DNA of 64,000 nt. Source: Heteronotia binoei (lineage: Eukaryota). Position numbers and translations under genes: made by a program. Numbering within the stretch: position 1 is the first letter of the stretch; each line of letters begins with the position of its first letter. This document shows positions 34,058 to 46,689 of this stretch, piece after piece. The notes beneath the pieces were generated by a model. The model saw only the letters and a list, made by a program, of their open reading frames with translations, did not search any database and was not told the origin of the DNA. The stretch is taken from positions 15,624,001-15,688,000 of the forward strand of contig NC_083235.1 in NCBI RefSeq assembly GCF_032191835.1. The letters run 5' to 3'.

Positions 34058-36286
34058 CTGATTAGGTGGGATCTACTGCCAAATGGGAGAATTCTCTTAA
34101 CTCTCTCCCTCCCAGAGTCACAATTGACACATTTACACATCAATCTCCAATTTTGATATATTTATTTGCTTCACTGTTTTCCTCCAGAATTAAATCCAAA
34201 CAATGGTGACTTAATAAACTTAACTTGTTATTCCTCTTTGCATTTGTTAAAATATCCTCATTATGTTGTATGCTAATTTGCTGTTCAAATATCCTCATTA
34301 TGTTGTATGCTAATTTGCTGTTCTGCCATATATTTATGGACTGGTAAATTCCATTTAATTGTATCTGAGGAAGTGTGTGTGCACATGAAAGCTCATACCT
34401 TGAATAAAACTTTGTTGGACTTCAAGGTGCTACTGGACTCAAACTTTTTTCTAGAAAGTGTGGTTGGCAAAGCCATTAAGAAGAGATGCTTTCTCCCCTT
34501 ACAATGGCTATCAGCAGCTTTCCATGATTTCTATCCGTGAAATGGCACTGAGTGGGGGGAATTAATTCCCCTTGGCTGCTTTTCAGCCTTAAAAGAAAGC
34601 ATTGGGAAACCAAGATGGGCCCAGTTTTTCCTGTCTATGGCAAGGGAAGTAAAAGTCCTTTGGACAGAGCTTCATAGATGTTGCTTGCCTTTTGGTTGCA
34701 TGGCAGAACATTGAACTTGTGGTGGTGGTGATGACCAGAATGCAGGGATTAGCTGGAATGCTCTGCGAGATTAGGAGGTTGTAATACACACAGACGCACT
34801 GGCCTTCTTGGGTTGGTATTTTGAATTGAAAGCACAGGAATTTCAGGATCTGGATGGTATATCCTTAGTTTCCTCTTGTTCAAATCCCCAGCTGCCTTGG
34901 AAATTCCTGGGTGTCCTGTTTTTCTGCCTTCAGCTGAACCTACTTCACAGGTTTGTTGTTAAGACAATGTTGCTAAGACAATGGAGGAAGAAGGTTAGTC
35001 AGTTTTATACCCTGCCCTTCACTACTTGAAGGAGTCTCAAAATGGCTTAGGATCACTTTCTCTTCCTCCCCTCCCCAAAGCCCACCCTCCTTAGGCTCCA
35101 CCCCCAAAATATCCAGGTATTTCCTAAGCCAGAGCAGGCAGCCCTACCACAGGCCCCAGTCTTCAGACAGGACTTCTTCTACCACTGCTCTCTTCTACCT
35201 TCTTCCTTAGCACTTTTCCCTCCACAGTCACCTGTCTGCATAGGTTCCAGTGTGGAGTTGTGATTAGAGTCCCAGACTAGGATGTGCTACAAAGCCATTT
35301 TGTACCACTATTACCTCAGAATTTTTCTAATTTTTGTTCCTGAATATCATCTTTTATCCACAAAACCATTACAGAATGGTACATTTGTGGTAAACTTTTC
35401 ACAGGATTTTTGGTTGTTTCTTCACAACACGGGATGGCAAACAAGCCAATTAAGAGCAAGAGCAATATTTTGTGTGGTTGGTTAGAGAAATGAACCTAGC
35501 CAGTTGTCCATTTACACAGTCAATTAGAATTGCCTATGTGCTGGCATCACTAAAGGCAAAGAAACTCAATACAGAACAAGGGCACTTTTTCCAATGCTAT
35601 AATATGTATATATATATATATACACACAATCTCTATTACCTGCCCCTCCCACAACGGACACCCTGTGAGATAGGAGGGGCTGGGAGATCTCTTACAGCAG
35701 CTGCCCTTTCAAGGAGAACTCCTATGAGAGCTATGGATGACTCAAGGCCATCCCAGCAACTGCAGGTGGAGGAGTAGAAATCAACGAGTTCTCTCAGATA
35801 AGAGTCTGCACAGTTAACCACTATAGCAAATTCCCTAAATCAAAATCACTTTATTGCCCTAAAAATAAATAAATAAATAAATAAAGTTGGAATGATGCTC
35901 TGGTTTGCTGAGCAGGACTGGAAGTGGTCCCCCCCCCCCACACACACACTCTGCTTTTATCCCCCTGGGAAATATGCATGGAGTTCACATTCAGACTAAA
36001 CGTGCAAACATGTCTTAGGATGCAAATCAATGCACGTGACTTGAGAGTAAAGACCATTTAACATCATAGGATCTTCTTCTGAATAGACAAGCATAGGATT
36101 GTGCCAGTAGGATGCTTGGTAGCTGACTAATCTTACCAGGCAAGAGGTTGACATCCCTGAATCTAGAGTTAACCTTTTGATGGCATATTCATGATCCAAA
36201 ATTTATTCCGGGGGTGTTGGGGTTCTAGGGACCACATTGAGGGTATCATCCTGTGCTAAGTAACTCAGGACTTTATAGTCACTGTG

Positions 36287-36299
36287 AATAATAATAATA

Positions 36300-36376
<77 letters not shown>
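36287..36376. repeat. (AAT)n microsatellite forming the L2 tail
   Basis: About 90 bp of near-pure aat. Confidence 0.95.
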
Positions 36377-36377
<1 letters not shown>

Positions 36378-39300
36378 TTTTATTTATACCCCACCCTCCC
36401 CGCTGAGGCAGGCTCAGGGCGGCTTACAGAGTGTGGCAAAAGCCATGTTAAACAATAAAACAATTATACATTTCTGTACCATTTAAAATTTACCATTACA
36501 TTTACATAATATAAAAGTCTAAAATCAATCTAAAATAATCTCATCTTATTGCTATCTCAATTATTGATGTTAGTGATGGCATGGTGTTCGTTTCAGGTTT
36601 CATCTTGGAAGGCTAGCTGGAAGAGGGCGGTTTTGCACGCCCTACGGAATTGGCTAATGTCCCGTAGGGCCCGCACCTCTTCCGGCAGCTGGTTCCACCA
36701 TTGGGGTGCTTTTATAGAGAAGGCCTGTTCTCTGGTTATTTTTAGTTTGGCCTCCTTTGGCCCAGGTACTTCCAGAAGGTTTTGTGAGCTGGATCGCAGT
36801 GCTCTCTGGGGAACATATGGAGAGAGGCGGTCCCTAAGGTAAACAGGTCCTCGGCCATATAGGGCTTTAAAGGTAATAACCAGCACCTTGTAACGAACTC
36901 GGTAAATAACTGGCAGCCAATGCAGCTCCCGCAGCCCAGCCCGCACATGTTCCCACTGAGGTAGGCCCAATAGCAGTCTGGCTGCTGCATTCTGCACTAG
37001 CTGCAGCTTTTGGGTTCAGCACAGGGGCAGCCCCATGTAGAGGGCATTACAGTAGTCTAGCATCGAGGTGACCGTTGCATGGATCACTGTTGCCAGGTCA
37101 TTGCGCTCCAGGAAGGGAGCCAACTGCCTCGCCTGCCTAAGGTGGAAAAAGGCGGATTTGGCAGTGGCTGCTATCTGGGCTTCCATTGTCAAGGAAGACT
37201 CCAGTAGCACTCCCAAGCTCCTGAACCTGTGCACTGGTATCAGTGATGCACCGTCAAAAGCTGGAAGGGAGATCCCACGCCCTAGACAAAGGACCTCTGT
37301 CTTCGCTGGATTCAGTTTCAGCCCACTCGACCTGATCCAGTCTGCCACAGCTTGTAGCGCCCGGTCCTGGTTTATAGGAACATCGGCAGCCCGGCCGTCC
37401 ATCAATAGATAGAGCTGGGTGTCATCCGCATACTGGTGACAACCCAGCCCATATCTCCGGCCAATCTGGGCAAGGAGGTGTATGTAGATGTTAAATAACA
37501 CCGGGGAGAGAACTGCTCCCTGAGGCACCCCACAGTTGAGTGAGTGTCTCTGGGACAGCTCCCCCCCAATTGCCACCCTTTGTCCCCGACCCTCCAGGAA
37601 AGAGGAAAGCCATTGCAAGGCTAGCCCCTGAATCCCTGCGTCAGCGAGGCGGCGGGCCAGTAGCTGGTGGTCGACCATATCGAACGCGGCTGAAAGGTCT
37701 AACAACAGCAATACTGCCATACCGCCTCGGTCCAGGTGTCGCCGGAGATCATCCATGAGGGCGACCAGAACCATCTCTGTCCCATGGCCCGGGCGGAAGC
37801 AGGACTGGAATGGATCCAAAGTGGAAGCGTCATCCAGGAAGCTCTGTAACTGCAACGCCACAGCCCTCTCTATAACCTTGCCCAAAAAGGGCAAGTTTGA
37901 GACTGGCCGGTAGTGAGCCAATTCGGCCGGGTCTGATGTAGCTTTTTTCAGGAGGGGGCGGACTACTGCCTCTTTCAGAGGGGTTGGAAAAGAACCCTCC
38001 GAAAGAGATCTATTTATGATGTCCCGTATAGGACATCTCAGCTCCTCCTGGCAAGCTTTAATTAGCCAGGAGGGGCACGGGTCCAGATCGCAAGTTGTTG
38101 GGCGTGCAGTAGAGAGGATCCTGTCAACCTCCTCTAGGTCGAGCAGGTCGAAACGGTCCAGGATCAAACCAGAAGACAGGCACGGAGCCTCTAGTTCACA
38201 TACTGTATCTAATATGGCTGGGCAGTCACGGCGGAGCGACTGGACTTTGTCTGCAAAGAATTTCGCGAATGCCTCACAGCCTATCTCTAATTCCTTAACA
38301 TTTGGTTTGCCTTGTGGCAATGTAGTAAGGTTCCAAATTATCTTAAATAATTGTGCCGGGCGCGAGTTTTCAGACGCAATCTTAGCCGCAAAGTATGTTT
38401 TCTTTGTGGCTTTGACTGCCATCTCATAGGACCTCATAAACTCTCTATGAGATGCTCTAGCCGCTTCGTCATGAGTACACCGCCATTGCCTCTCTAGGCG
38501 TCTGAGGCCTTGTTTCAACTGGTGTAGTTCTGGGGTATACCACGGCGCCAGCCTAGTCTGGGGTCGCAGAGGGCGTCGGGGTGCGATCTCGTCAATGGCT
38601 CTGGAAAGCCGGCTATGCCAGGTCCCAACCAGGTCATTGAGGGAATCGCCAGAGGGCCAGGGATCCCGCAGAGCCATTTGGAACCGTTCCGGGTCCATCT
38701 GGCTTCGCGGGCGAGCCATAATGCACTCATCGCCTAGACAGGTTTGGCGTGGAGCGTCCACACGAGCCCTAAGGGCGAGGTGGTCCGACCATGGCACCAC
38801 TTTTGCGATTATATCGTCCACCATAACCCCAGCCGCAAAGATCAGGTCTAACGTGTGCTTGGCCTGATGCGTGGGAGATGTAACAAATTGAGAGAGCCCT
38901 AGCGTCGCCATGGATGATACTAGGTCCGTCGCCGGACTAGAGGCCGGGTCATCCACATGGACGTTGAAGTCACCCAGGATCACCAGCCTTGGGTGCTCCA
39001 ACGCCCAGCCTGCCACAGCCTCAAGCAGGGAAGGTAAGGCGCCGGCTGGTGCACTAGGCGAACGGTACACCAGCAAGATCGCCAACCCCCCTCCAACTTC
39101 CCACGCCAGACCGGCACATTCAATACCTTCGATCTTTGGGGCCGGGAGCGCCCTAAAGGAGTAAGCCTCTCATATGAACAACGCCACTCCTCCCCCCCGC
39201 CCGCTAGTCCGTGATTGGTGAAAGACTGAGTAACCCGGGGGAGCTGTTTGTGAGAGGGCCACCGTATCTCCCTCTCAAACCCAGGTCTCAGTCATGCAAG

Positions 39301-40820
39301 CCAGGTCCACGTCCTGCTTGAGTAGAAACTCTCGGAGGACAGAGGTCTTATTGTTAATGGACCTGGCATTGCATAACACCAATGACGGAGGCAGGTCATC
39401 CAAATTGGCCCCACTACCTGTCACCGTTGGGATGGGATACAGACAGGAAGGTGGTCGAGCACTGACTGGTCTCAGCCCCCTTCCCCTATATCGTCGCCTG
39501 TTCCCACCGCCATACCTCCCCCTCCCCAGGAGCACTGGAATCCCTGGGCCAATCATCTCTGCTGGTGGGACCGTTGTCATAGCCACCGCCTCTAATGCCG
39601 GCTAGCACTACCCCCAAATCTCCCTCCGATCTACTCCACCCACTAGCTCCCAGTTTCAAATCAACCCGTTCAAGCCCAACCCAAATCTCCCCTTGTACAT
39701 TAATTGGTAAGACACATAGGTTAAATCAGTGGCAATAATTGACTATAAATCCCTCCCAACCACCCTCGAGTTAATTGCCAAAAAAATTTATATCATTCAG
39801 AGCCAATCAGTACTGTAAACAATCACAAAGAGTTAATTGATTAAATCCAATTTAAACTAGCAGTATAAGAGCAAATGGAGGTAGAAATTACAGGAAAGTG
39901 CTGTCGTGCTAATCAGTGCAAGTTAGTGCAAATTATTCCCAGCTGGAACAAAGTACGAAGTAAAGTGCTGAGTAGAGTGCAGAGTAAAGTGCAGAGTGCA
40001 GGCGTCAAGTTAGTGCCGTATTAGATGGTATACGAAATAATGCCATATTAGATGGTATACTAATGGTATACAGAGAGCAGTCACACACCGAGACGCAGAG
40101 GAACACATGTCTGGTGGCCAAGGACTCAGGTCCAGCGTCCCCTACGTAACCTGGTGGGCCCGGGTGAGGTAAAGGCCTCCCGGTGCCCCCCCTGTCATGC
40201 CACAGGGCTCCACAGTTCCCTTGTGGAGTTGGTCAGGTCTCCACTCCTTGAATCCCTGTTCCTTCTACACGCCCAGCAACTCCCAGGCTCTCCTCTCCGG
40301 CACTTCAGTCACTCGCTACCAGTTCCCTCTCCGCGGCGTTCCCCTCCGGCGGCCGGCCGGCCGCGCCTGCAGCCCAGCCCCCCGGCAGTTACATCCGCTG
40401 AATGGGAGTATCTGGTCCTGCTCCCCTCGGCATCAGCCGGCTCTACATCACACCACCCGACTTTGTTTGTCCGCCGGTCGACTGTGCCGAGCCAAGGCGC
40501 CGCCTCGCCACCTCAACCCCCCAGTTCGCGCCGCCTCAGCCTCCTCGTCCGCGCCCAGCCAAGCCGCCGCCTTGACCTCCCTGTCTGGTCGGCGTCCAGC
40601 CAAGCCACCGCCTCGCCTCCTCGTCCGTGACGGGGCCCGCAGAGCGACCGAAATCCGCAGCATCTCAGGGAGTCTCAGGGGGTCCCCGACGGCGCCCTCC
40701 TCACCTCCGAGGTAGAGTGGGATGTTATTCCCTAAGTTTGCACGTAATTTTGATGTTTCCAGGCGTCATTTAGATCGAGGAATCCTGATTTCGAGGAGCT
40801 CTAACCTTGCGCTCCTGACC
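36289..40820 (-). mobile_element. Near-full-length L2-clade LINE (~4.5 kb), private to unit 4
   Basis: GC-rich 5' region, single APE-RT frame, L2 3' hairpin and long (TTA)n tail; host actgtgaat...aggcctgggt resumes at 40821. Confidence 0.92.
36593..39586 (-). pseudogene. L2 endonuclease-RT polyprotein (997 codons) with three in-frame TGA stops
   Basis: Track ORFs 39275-39586, 37016-39085 and 36593-36997 share one frame; APE motifs LCNARSINNK, MTETW, ILGDFN, SDH; RT motif YADD; stops at 39275-77, 39170-72 and 37016-18. Confidence 0.9.
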
Positions 40821-43800
40821 AGGCCTGGGTGACTCCACATGATGGTTGCTACATGACGGTGCCTAGAGTTTCATGGGGAAATGCTGATCACCAGGGCTTT
40901 TTTGGAAGAAAAAGCCCAGCAGGAACTCATTTGTATATTAGGCCACACCCCATGACATCACCATTGTTTCACACAGGGCTTTTTTGTAGAAAAACTCATT
41001 TGCATATTAAGCCACACCTTGTGATACCAAGCCAGCCGGAAATGCATTCCTGCTTTAAAAAAAAAGCCCTGCTGATCACCCACTGCCAAGAGAACATTCT
41101 CTCTCTTTCCCACTCTTGTTAGCAGCACTTCCCTTCAGAGCCTTCTTCCCCCCATTGGAAGCCAGGTACAAGATGGTGTGGCTCATCCAAGTGTTTGGGA
41201 TAGCTTGATTTTGACTGTTAGCCAGCATTTAGGCTATAACATGTGTAGCTTTAGTTATGCCTGGGGCCCTCGAGTTCTGGCAAGCTTTGCTGTGCAGAGG
41301 CAGTCCAAACCAAGCAACCAGAGTTTGTTTCCTGCCTTGAAAGTCATATGGGGTAGGGGGTCCCCTTCAAAAAATTTGGCTGCGACTTCTAAGTATCTTC
41401 CGCAACCAGGCTTTTAAAGCTAAATGTGGATTACCCAGCAGTATGGTGGACTCAGTGATTTCAACCTCCTCCCTGCTATTGAAAGGCCTGGTGGGTTCCT
41501 TTGGAGAAAACAGCTCAATGGCATCAGACCATGCTGAGGTTCCTCCCTTCTTCAGCTACCATGACACTACTTGTAGCACGGGTTCTAACCTTTGAGCTTC
41601 AGATAGGCATCCCTCCTGGCAACCAGCGGAGGATGCAGGGGACTTACAAGGAGAAAGAGAAAGGCCTAGGTTTGTCTCTGCCATTGATGATGTTATCAAG
41701 CCAGTGTAGGGCTGCCAAGTTCCCACCAGGAGTGGGGGATCCTCTGGTTTGGTGGACCTTAACCCGCTGGCAGGAAGGAGGCTGCCGGAAGGATCCCCAC
41801 CCCCAAAGAGTCCTGTCAGCGTGCAGCGTGACGACGTCACCTGGAAGTGATATATTGTGGCAGCCACATTGTGCGGGGATGCTCTAGGAAATAATGGGAA
41901 ATTGTGAGGTTCCTTCCAAATTGCTAGAGCATCCCTGTGCTAAACCATAGAGTTTTCAGTCATTTTCTAGAGCGTCTCCATGAGACATGCCCAGCACATT
42001 ACATCACTTCCAGGTGACGTCATTGCACTGCATGTGCATGTTCCCACCAGCAGCCAGTGGGAACTTGGCAACCCTAACCTAGAGATGTCCAGGCAACACT
42101 CTGGTATTTGGGTGAAAACTCTATGACAAAATTGTCTTCTGATTAGACTGGAATGTTTCTTCTTAGTCAGGCCCAGGGCTTTTTTTGAGCAGGAATGCAC
42201 ATGAACGCAGTTCCGACTGGCTTGGCATCAGGGGGTGTGGCCTAATATGCAAATGAGCCCCTGTTGGGCTTTTCCTGCAAATAAAGCCCTGGTCAGACAT
42301 AACTATGTTAACCCTTAAGGAGGTTACTTGAAAATGCTTGTGGCCATTCCAACTAAAGCTGTATACCACATGAGTGTTAATGTCCTGAAAGGTAGCTAGG
42401 GAGTATATACTTGTAGCTATTCTGCATCCAGTGTCTGGCAAATGTGTGTGCGTTTTTAAAGGAGAATATAACGGGCTAATTTGCAACGGCCTCTGGGGTT
42501 CTGTCTCAGAAGTATTCCTCTGGGTCACAGCCCTGAATGATGCCAAGCCGTGAACAAAAGCTGATGGTGCCACCGTGCCACCCATTGTTTCATGCAATTG
42601 CGAACTGTTTGTCAGATCAGCTCAGCAGAAGACGAAGGCTTGTGTTCACCAGGAGGAAAAAGCCAAATACATTCCCTCCTTCCTGATCTCTCCGTGGGAT
42701 GGTCCTGCCGTTCTTTGGCGCCTACAGACTCACAAACTCTGCCGCTGCTGCTGCTGCAAACAGAAAGCATCTTTTGGGGTAGCATTTACCAACTGGGTAA
42801 GTAAGAGCCCTGCGGGCACCAGAAAATTCCTATCACCGATTAGCCCACTGAAGCCTCTTTATTACTTCTGTCAGGAGCACCCAGCAGATCCCACTGAGTT
42901 GCTGTTTCTGGCTCCTACTCATGGAACCCCTCAACAACTTCCCAGACCCTGATAGCCTTGAGCAGTGTTCCCTCTCAACTGAGTTAGTGTGAGCCAGCTC
43001 ACAGATTTTTAGCCTCCAACTCACACATTTTTGTCACACTATCTTTCTGACAGCTACTAAATCCAAGGGCTGATCATATCATCATATCATATCATATCAT
43101 CAGGTCCTCATGTCCTTTCTGATAGGTGTCTTCGGGAGGAGGAAGAGCCATGGGGGGAGGCAGAATGATGTCAGCACTCTAAAGGAACCATCTCAGGGGG
43201 TCTGAATCCTGCACCTTCCTGGTTACACCTCCAGCTATCACATCCACCACTGTCGCAGTGTGATGGTCTTCCAGAAAAGGTGTGGCAGGATCTCCAATTG
43301 CTTCTCTTCGGTGGCAATGTCTTCATTTGTCTCACACTATCTTTCTGACAGCTACTAAATCCAAGGGCTGATCATATAACAAGAAGTACTGAAAATGAAG
43401 AAGAAAGCTGATCAATGGGTGGGTGATCTAAACTATGGGTAGGTGGGTAGGTTGGGAAGGATTTCTGCTCTGCTTCTTGTGGATGACACAGGCAATGTCC
43501 AGTATGTGGTTATCATACATGAACACATGAAGCTGCCTTATATTGAACCAGACCATTGGTCCATCAAGGTCAGTCTCGTCTGCTCAGCCTGGTAACTGCT
43601 TTCCAGGAGCCCAGGGAAAGGTCTTTCACATCATCTGCTACCTGTGTTGGGTTTTTGTATAAATGTGCAGAGTAAATAAGCAACAGAGAACACCATGTGT
43701 GTTTGAGATTTAAAGAAAACTGCCTTTATTAGAAATATATGAACATATGAAGCTGCCTTATACTGAATCAGACCCTCAGTCCATCAAAGTCAGTATTGTC

Positions 43801-44257
43801 TACTCAGACTGGCAGCAGCTCTCTAGGGTCTCAAGCTGAGGTTTTTCACATCTATTTGCCTGGAACCTTTTTAGTTGGAGATGCTGATGATTGAATCTGG
43901 GGCCTTCTGCTTACCAAGCAGATGCTCTACCACTGAGCCACCGTCCCTCCCCATTTTGAAAAATAAGGAAGGGAAGGCACATAGGAAGAAGGGGAGTTAC
44001 ATTGGAAGAATTCCTTCCTTCCTTCCTTCCTTCCTTCCTTCCTTCCTAGAGCTAGGAGTTGGGGATAGAAGAAAGGAAGGAGAAAGGCAGAAGAGACAGC
44101 ACCTGGTCTGGCTTCGAGTTGGCACAGATTGTACTCTTTCTCTCCCTGGTGGGATCAATGCCTGGGAGAGGAAGGGGGAAAAGGTGCTGTTGCTTTCTTC
44201 TGCTGCCACCACCTTTCTGTCTGGCCAGCTTTTTCTCTGTTTTATGCTGGAGCCTTC

Positions 44258-44735
44258 TGTCAGACTCTGTTCATTGATGTTTATGCTAACTGCTGATTAC
44301 TAACCATATGAATCAATGCGCATATATGCTCACTAACCTATAGACATAGAACAGTAGGGGGGGGGCATCGTAGAGAGTAGCTTCCCAAGAATATCAAAGG
44401 TTGCTGGGCCTGCTTTGAAGTAGAAACTGCCTGCCAGATTCTCACCTCCTCCCCAGCGGCAGCAAGGACACTGCCGCCGGAACTGTAACCACCAACGGAA
44501 AAGATAAGGGGGAAGCTGTGTGAAACTCTCACATGCAAAAGCAGCCTTTGTTTTGGGAATTAGGATGTAGATGCTATTGCTTTGATGTTAGATGTTAAAT
44601 ACCCATGATTCGAACTGATCTCCATCAGTTCCAATGCCTATCATGTTGGGGTAACTTTGGAGTATACAATAAATGCAACTTTGTTTCAAACAACAAGTCT
44701 GCTCATTTGGAAACTTCAATGAACCTTCGCTGACA
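44258..44735 (+). mobile_element. Solo LTR (478 bp) upstream of OR5
   Basis: TGTCAG...CTGACA termini, 5-bp TSD ccttc, internal aataaa on +. Confidence 0.85.
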
Positions 44736-45308
44736 CCTTCTGCCCCCATCTAACGCTTCCCCTCTTCCCTTAATTGATTGCCTGGCTTCTTCTTTGCCCC
44801 ACCCCATCGCTATTGGTGGCTGCCTTCGTATTAACCAAGATCCAGTTGAGGACAACGTAGCCTCCTCTTCTATTTTGAAAAACGTTTATCTACAAACCTA
44901 GGGATTTCCCTGGGCTTGGAGGAAAACTACCTCTTTCCATTGTGTGGCCCCATTGTGTGGAGTTTTTAAAAACAGAACTCAGAGGGAAATGTAGATTTAT
45001 TTTTTTAAAAAAATCCTGAATTCCTGATCCAAAGCCTCACAGTTCTGAATTCTGAATTCTGACACTACATCTTGAGGCTGATATATGTATCTTGTGTGGC
45101 AGGAATAATGGATGCATCAGGGAGAAACACAGAGATGTGAGTCAAAGAGAGACTATGTCCTAGAAGGATTCTCCCATAGTTTGCTCATTGGGTAGCTTAC
45201 CTTGATAATAGTGGGAGGGAGAAATGTGCATCTTGGGATTAATTAGCCATACTTGGCTTCATGGCTCTAACTTTCTTGCAATTTCCTCACTTCAGCAGCT
45301 TGAGTCCA

Positions 45309-46241
45309 ATGAATCACAGGAACACAACAGAAGTTTCTGAGTTCCTCCTCCGAGGTTTTCCATTCCAGCCGGAGGTCCAAAGGCTTCTCTTCCCACTCTT
45401 CCTTTCCATCTATCTGCTCATCCTCCTGGGGAACGTCACAATCATCCTGTTGATCTGCTCTGACACGCAGCTCCACCAGACTCCCATGTACTTCCTGCTC
45501 AGCCACCTTGCCCTAGCTGACCTTGGTTTCACCTCCACCACCATCCCCAAGGCATTAGATAACCTGCTGTCTCAGAAGAAGACTATCTCCTACCGTGGTT
45601 GTCTGGCCCAGATGTATTTCTATTTTTCTTTTGGCCACTCAGGCAGCTTCCTGCTGGCTTCCATGGCCTATGACCGCTATGTGGCTATTTGTTGCCCACT
45701 GCACTATTCCACCATGATGAGCCACAGGCGTTGCCTTCAACTGGCCGCAGTGTCCTGGGTTATCCCCATAATTGCCTCACTGCTTTATACTGTTTTGCTA
45801 TCCCGTGTTGAGTTCTGTGACCCTGAAGAGATCCCTCATTTCTTCTGTGACATTTACCCTGTTCTGGATGTCTCTTGCTCTGACACAAGCCTCATAGAAA
45901 CACTTGTGCTGACTGAGGGGACGGTGGAGCTTTTGGGGCCGTTTGTACTGATTATCATTTCGTATACACTCATCTTTTATAACATCATGAAAATCCCATC
46001 TGCCACCGGGAAGCGCAAGGCTTTCTTTACATGCGGGTCCCACATTTGCGTGGTGGTCTTGTTCTACGGCACTGTAAGCTGGGTGTATTTAAAGCCAAAT
46101 TCCAAGAAGTTAGATCACCAGGACACGGTGGCAGCTGTGATGTATACTGTGGTGACCCCCGTGTTGAATCCTTTCATCTACAGCCTCAGGAACAGCGAGA
46201 TGAAGGCGGCCATGAAGAAGATCACTACGCGGCATTTTTGA
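45309..46241 (+). CDS. Olfactory receptor copy 5, 310 aa, intact (subtype B; first ATG mutated to TTG)
   Basis: OR motifs. The MSP start codon reads TTG at 45300, so the next ATG (MNHRN) is at 45309. Confidence 0.93.
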   Translation: MNHRNTTEVSEFLLRGFPFQPEVQRLLFPLFLSIYLLILLGNVTIILLICSDTQLHQTPMYFLLSHLALADLGFTSTTIPKALDNLLSQKKTISYRGCLAQMYFYFSFGHSGSFLLASMAYDRYVAICCPLHYSTMMSHRRCLQLAAVSWVIPIIASLLYTVLLSRVEFCDPEEIPHFFCDIYPVLDVSCSDTSLIETLVLTEGTVELLGPFVLIIISYTLIFYNIMKIPSATGKRKAFFTCGSHICVVVLFYGTVSWVYLKPNSKKLDHQDTVAAVMYTVVTPVLNPFIYSLRNSEMKAAMKKITTRHF

Positions 46242-46544
46242 TGATGTGTTCGAGGGCCAAACCATTGGATTATGCTATAGCCCCAATCCTCCACATCCCC
46301 CTTTTCAGGGGAAAATGCTGTTGAAAAATTTCAAAGACGATCTAACTCCACTGAGAACAAGAGAAAGAAATTTTACTTAAAAAATAGAAGCCCATCTTAC
46401 ATGGCATATTCATTTAGGGACATTATGATTTATTGTGAATAGATTAACTTCATAAAGGTTATCTTGCTATTGATCCAAGCCCAGGTAAGAGAGAGAGAAG
46501 AAGAGAGGTCCCATAAAAGAAGACACAGAAGGCAAACAACAGTC

Positions 46545-46689
46545 NNNNNNNNNNNNNNNNNNNNNNNNNNNNNNNNNNNNNNNNNNNNNNNNNNNNNNNN
46601 NNNNNNNNNNNNNNNNNNNNNNNNNNNNNNNNNNNNNNNNNNNNNNNNNNNNNNNNNNNNNNNNNNNNNNNNNNNNNNNNNNNNNNNNN
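46545..46689. other. Assembly gap (145 N)
   Basis: N run at the position of the (TAA)n L2 tail seen in unit 4. Confidence 0.99.

Noticed and set aside
34250-34323. 37-bp local tandem duplication in unit 4
   Set aside because: Ordinary slippage duplication with no sign of function.
40154-40715. 158- and 172-aa ORFs as L2 ORF1 or host genes
   Set aside because: They are on the strand opposite the L2, low-complexity and GC-driven, with no ORF1 motifs.
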